The notes beneath the pieces are model-generated. The model searched no databases. It saw only the letters and a program-made list of their open reading frames with translations, and was not told where the DNA came from. From assembly GCA_964534375.1 (NCBI GenBank), contig CAZHPN010000204.1, positions 1 to 10,102 of the forward strand: 10,102 bases of DNA, given 5' to 3'. This document shows, piece after piece, positions 7,031-10,102 of this stretch. How positions within the stretch are numbered: the stretch's first letter is position 1; each line of letters begins with the position of its first letter. Source of the stretch: an uncultured bacterium (GTDB taxonomy: Bacteria > Lernaellota > Lernaellaia > Lernaellales > Lernaellaceae). The position numbers and the translations under genes were made by a program.

Positions 7031-8107
7031 CTACGGGCCGTAATGCACGATCACGCCGTCGGCGGCGACGGCGAACACGTCGGAGGCGGAACTGCCCCAA
7101 ACGCCGTAATAGTCGGCCGCGGGGCACGCCGTCGCCGCCCACGCCGCGCCATCGTAATGCAGAATCGCTCCGTGGTCGGCGACGGCGAACACGTCCGAGG
7201 CGGAGCTGCCCCAAACGCCGGCGAAGTTTACGGCCGTCGCAACGGTCGGGATCGTCATCGGCGACCAGGCGGAACCGTCGTAATGCAACAGCGCGCCTTC
7301 GACGCCCGCGGCGAACACGTCCGAGGCGGAGTTGCACCATACGGCGTACAGCCATGGCGTTCCGGGGGTCGTCATCGACGACCACTCGGAACCGTCGTAG
7401 TGCAGCACGCCCCACATGCCGACGGCGAAGGCATCTGCGGAGGAGATTCCGCCGATGGCGATCGCATCCACCGGCGGGTCGCTGGGCGTGGTCATCGGCG
7501 ACCACGTGGAACCGTCGTAGCGCAGGATTCCGCCGGCCGCGGCGAACACGGCGGAGCCGGAGCCGCCCCAAACGCCGGTGAAGGAATCCGTCCCGATCGG
7601 CAGCGCCATGGCCGACCACGCGGAACCGTCGTAGTGCAAGATCGTCTCGAAGCCGACGGCGAAGACGTCGGCGGACGAGTCGCCCCAAACGGCCTGCAAC
7701 GTCTCCTGACCGGCGGCCAGCGGAGACGTGTCATTGTCGTCGTCGCCGCTGGGAACGGCCATCGGCGTCCACACGGAGCCGTCGTAGTGCAGGATCGTCG
7801 CCATGCCGACGGCGACGACATCCGACGGCGAGGTTCCCCAAACGCCGAACAGCGTCTCCGTCGTCCCGCTCGTCATCGCCGACCAGGAAGGCGCGGTGTC
7901 GTCGTCGGCGGGCGACGCGTCGTCGTCTGCGGGAGACTGATCGTCGTCGGCGGGCGACGCGTCGTCATTGTCGTTGTCGTCATCATCCGGCGCGGCGTCA
8001 TCGTCGATTGCCGAGCCGCTGCTGCTGCCGGATTTCCCGCAGGCCGGCACGCCAACGAGCAGCGCCGTCGTCAACAGGAGAACGAGGAGAAAACTGCGGC
8101 GTCTCAT
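7031..8107 (-). CDS. Lipoprotein with an Asp-rich tether and seven ~40-aa repeats (predicted 7-bladed beta-propeller), function unknown
   Basis: RBS TAAGGAGG. Lipobox VPA|CG. DDASPAD repeats. Seven copies of VWGSSASDVFAVG..ILHYDGSxWSxM. Confidence 0.9.
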   Translation of the reverse strand: MRRRSFLLVLLLTTALLVGVPACGKSGSSSGSAIDDDAAPDDDDNDNDDASPADDDQSPADDDASPADDDTAPSWSAMTSGTTETLFGVWGTSPSDVVAVGMATILHYDGSVWTPMAVPSGDDDNDTSPLAAGQETLQAVWGDSSADVFAVGFETILHYDGSAWSAMALPIGTDSFTGVWGGSGSAVFAAAGGILRYDGSTWSPMTTPSDPPVDAIAIGGISSADAFAVGMWGVLHYDGSEWSSMTTPGTPWLYAVWCNSASDVFAAGVEGALLHYDGSAWSPMTIPTVATAVNFAGVWGSSASDVFAVADHGAILHYDGAAWAATACPAADYYGVWGSSASDVFAVAADGVIVHYGP

Positions 8108-8263
8108 CGGCGGCCCTCCTTACTCGACAAGCAAGCCATTTTTTTCAAACGAACACGCCTGGTCGCAAGCTCGGGCGAATGAATCCAAGAAGGCGTGACC
8201 GGCAGTTTCTTTAGCCCGAAACGCGCGATGCCGTCAAGGGGAAGGCGGGCGGCGGGACCCAGC

Positions 8264-8284
8264 AGTCAGGAGTCAGAAGTCGGT
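8264..8284. repeat. Heptamer tandem repeat (AGTCAGR-type, STRR-like)
   Basis: AGTCAGG AGTCAGA AGTCGGT. The same unit recurs at 9927-9954. Confidence 0.6.
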
Positions 8285-8397
8285 TGGTAAACCAACAATA
8301 CGTTCCCATTGCGAAACGCGCGGGTTTTCGTGAGCGTCAGGTCGAGCCGTTTCGGGACGCCGTCAAACATGTTTCCGCCGGCGCCGAGCACAAAAGG
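8266..8397 (-). pseudogene. 3' remnant of a RibD C-terminal domain / dihydrofolate reductase family gene
   Basis: PFVLGAGGNMFDGVPKRLDLTLTKTRAFRNGNVLLVYQP fits the family C-terminal pattern P..LG.G...F.......L.L...R.F.NG.V.L.Y. Upstream sequence is a heptamer repeat, and there is no room for the rest of the gene before the CDS ending at 8492. Confidence 0.75.
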
Positions 8398-8412
8398 CAA
8401 AAGGGAAAAGGG
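8392..8412. repeat. Heptamer tandem repeat (AAAAGGS x3)
   Basis: AAAAGGC AAAAGGG AAAAGGG, located where the DHFR-like similarity breaks off. Confidence 0.6.
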
Positions 8413-8491
8413 CCGGGCGGACATTGGAGTCCGGGCGATCGCCGCCACCTGTGCGTCGCCGAGCTACAGCCATTCCGTCTTCCCCAGCCTC

Positions 8492-9751
8492 TCAGCCTCC
8501 GCTCGACCGCACACAGCGCACCGCGTTGCTTTCGTAAGCAGCCGGATGGTCGATCACCGCGTCGATGAACAAGACGTCCCACGCGGTGTTGTTTCCGTCT
8601 TGGTCCGCCGAGGCCGACCAGTAGTAATACAACGCGTTGCCGGAAATCTGCGACGGCCAATAGGCGCCGCCGGGTCCGGGGCCGCCGGAATCGGCGCAGC
8701 CCGTGCTGCACGCGGCATTCCAACACGCCGACGAACTCAGGCAACCGTCGGTGACGTCGCACGAACCGCCCGTGTCCGTAGCGGCGCAGCCGCGGATCAA
8801 ACTGCGCAACTGGTCGATGTCCGGCAGTCGCCAGCCGGTGTAGCCGGCCCATTTCAGGCTCGCGCAGTAGTTTTGCGCGCCCGACCAATCGACCTGGGTG
8901 GACCCGACCGAGGGGCCGTTCTGCCACATCCACGAGCTGGTCGGATCGGTCCACACCGTTTGCACGCTGTCGTCGTTGTCATTGTCGTCGTCGTCGTCGT
9001 CGGGCGTCTGGTCGTCGTCGTCATTGTCGTTGTCATCGTCGTCGCCGCCGCGCACGCAACGCGCGGTGAAGTTGTCGCCGACGTAGTAGCTGTAGCCGAT
9101 GAAACCGAGGTAGAAGTCGATGTACCAGGCATACGAGCCAAGGCCCGAGACCTCCGAGGAGGTCCAATACCAGCCGACGGCGCCGGTGACTTCCGGCGGC
9201 CAGTAGGCGCCGCCCGGGCCGGGTCCGCCGAGGTTGGCCGTGCAGCCGTTGCACGCCTCGTTGTCGCAACTGGCCTTGAGGCACACGTTGTCGGCATCGC
9301 AGGCGCCGCCGGCGTCGGTCGCGGCGCAGCCCCGCAGCAGGCTGCGCAATTCGCCGAGCGTCGGCAGCCGCCAGTCGGCGTAACCGCCCCAATTCAGGGC
9401 ATCGCAATAGCCCACGGCCGCCGCGAAAAGATAAGCGCCGGAGCCGACCGCCGCGCCGTTCTGCCACATCAAGCCCGACGCGGAGTCGGCCCAGATGGTC
9501 CCGGCGGCGCTGTCGTCGTCGTCGTCCGGCGAAAAATCGTCGTCGCCCGTGGACGTGTCGTCATCCAGCGAGGAATCGTCGTCCGGCGAGGTGTCGTCGT
9601 CCGGCGAGGTGTCGTCGTCCGGCGAGGTGTCGTCGTCGGGCACGATCGGCGTTTGACTGCTGCTGCTGCTGCCGGTTTTGCCGCAGGCGAACGCGCAGGC
9701 GAGCAGGATAACCGTCAAAAGCAGGATGGGAAGCCAGTGATTGCGTTTCAA
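8492..9751 (-). CDS. Lipoprotein with two DUF1566 (Lcl C-terminal, C-type-lectin-like fold) domains and Asp-rich linkers
   Basis: Start reassigned to TTG 9751 after GGAGG. Lipobox AFA|CG. Both domains (about 9499-9050 and 8959-8507) show D..S.xMWQ, A..YC..L.W.GY..WRLP...LRSL, YW(T/S)xS, AW...F and RCVR. Confidence 0.92.
   Translation of the reverse strand: MKRNHWLPILLLTVILLACAFACGKTGSSSSSQTPIVPDDDTSPDDDTSPDDDTSPDDDSSLDDDTSTGDDDFSPDDDDDSAAGTIWADSASGLMWQNGAAVGSGAYLFAAAVGYCDALNWGGYADWRLPTLGELRSLLRGCAATDAGGACDADNVCLKASCDNEACNGCTANLGGPGPGGAYWPPEVTGAVGWYWTSSEVSGLGSYAWYIDFYLGFIGYSYYVGDNFTARCVRGGDDDDNDNDDDDQTPDDDDDDNDNDDSVQTVWTDPTSSWMWQNGPSVGSTQVDWSGAQNYCASLKWAGYTGWRLPDIDQLRSLIRGCAATDTGGSCDVTDGCLSSSACWNAACSTGCADSGGPGPGGAYWPSQISGNALYYYWSASADQDGNNTAWDVLFIDAVIDHPAAYESNAVRCVRSSGG
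9576..9637 (-). repeat. Perfect 18-bp coding tandem repeat, 3.4 copies (DDDTSP)
   Basis: + strand TCGTCGTCCGGCGAGGTG at 9576, 9594 and 9612, plus a partial copy at 9630-9637. Confidence 0.95.
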
Positions 9752-9851
9752 GCGAAGACCTCCGCGTTCGGCAATCCGCCGTTTTCGATCGCGAAAGCCG
9801 CCGGTCGCGCCGTGCGGCGAGAGAATCCGGAATGTTTGCGGCTTGGAACGA

Positions 9852-9880
9852 TGTATAGACAGATCGCGGCCGGGCGTCAA
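9852..9880 (-). promoter_or_regulatory. Putative sigma70-type promoter for the DUF1566 gene
   Basis: - strand TTGACG (9880-9875), 17-bp spacer, TATACA (9857-9852). Confidence 0.5.
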
Positions 9881-9926
9881 GCCGGGCGAGCGGGCGGAGC
9901 GGGGGAGACGGAAGGCGGAAGAGAGT

Positions 9927-9954
9927 AGTCAGAAGTCAAAAGACAGATGTCAGT
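9927..9954. repeat. Heptamer tandem repeat (STRR-like)
   Basis: AGTCAGA AGTCAAA AGACAGA TGTCAGT. Confidence 0.65.
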
Positions 9955-9955
9955 A

Positions 9956-10102
9956 GAGCCTCTTGCAAAATTGACAGTTCAATAATCGGCATTTCGGGCG
10001 GACCTCTCCCCCGGCCACGCCCGGCGTGGCCGCGCCCCTCCCCGGCACAGGGAGGGGCGAGAAGACACCGTGGCGGACCCGCGTCGCGGAGAGATTCCGC
10101 AC
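9956..10102. mobile_element. Possible left end of a MITE or IS-derived element containing two GC hairpins
   Basis: TA|GAGCCTCTTGCAAAA (9956-9970) resembles IS5/IS1182-type terminal repeats (from recall). Perfect stems follow: CGGCCACGC/GCGTGGCCG (10012-10032) and CGCCCCTCCC/GGGAGGGGCG (10033-10059). No partner inverted repeat or transposase is in the window. Confidence 0.35.

Noticed and set aside
7031..7900. Regularly spaced ~120-bp DNA repeats (ccgtcgtagtgcag... / gccccaaacgcc...) as a possible CRISPR array
   Set aside because: They are degenerate, in-frame coding repeats of the propeller protein. There are no identical repeats with unique spacers and no cas genes.
8208..8237. Possible promoter TTGACG-N18-TAAAGA for the propeller gene
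   Set aside because: The -10 match is poor and the spacing suboptimal, so it is too weak to list as a feature.
5233..9928. Long + strand ORFs 5233-6288, 6322-7581, 6638-8182 and 8309-9928
   Set aside because: They are antisense shadows of the peptidase, receiver, propeller and DUF1566 genes. Their poly-Val, poly-Arg and poly-Ser runs are the Asp repeats read in other frames.
9971..9976. Perfect TTGACA -35 hexamer
   Set aside because: No -10 element at 16-18 bp spacing (the sequence there is TCGGGC-like).
8492..10102. Complete DGR cassette
   Set aside because: No reverse transcriptase, Avd or AAC-rich template repeat is in the window. The two DUF1566 ends differ at many non-adenine positions, so they are not a TR/VR pair.

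Overview
GC-rich bacterial accessory region. The Asp-rich lipoprotein tethers and Cys-rich modules suggest a deltaproteobacterial-type lineage such as Myxococcota or Ca. Lernaellota; this is an inference only. Left to right: the 5' part of an aldo/keto reductase and a flavodoxin (- strand), then a divergent TetR regulator translationally coupled to a clan GH-A (GH39/GH5-like) lipoprotein, and a GH27 alpha-galactosidase lipoprotein with Cys-rich repeats and an NPCBM/CBM51 domain (+ strand). The - strand then carries a probably secreted calpain-like C2 cysteine peptidase, a stand-alone receiver domain lacking its phospho-site residues, a 7-repeat beta-propeller lipoprotein, a 3' remnant of a RibD-C/DHFR-family gene, and a tandem DUF1566 lipoprotein. 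The most notable pattern is that four unrelated payloads share one N-terminal cassette: a 21-22 aa signal peptide, lipid Cys at position 22/23, a Gly/Ser spacer and a poly-Asp tether (SPxDDD repeats in three of the four). One DUF1566 domain ends in a DGR-variable-region-like run of NNC codons, but no reverse transcriptase or template repeat is in the window. Intergenic spaces hold several kinds of small REP-, STRR- and MITE-like repeats.
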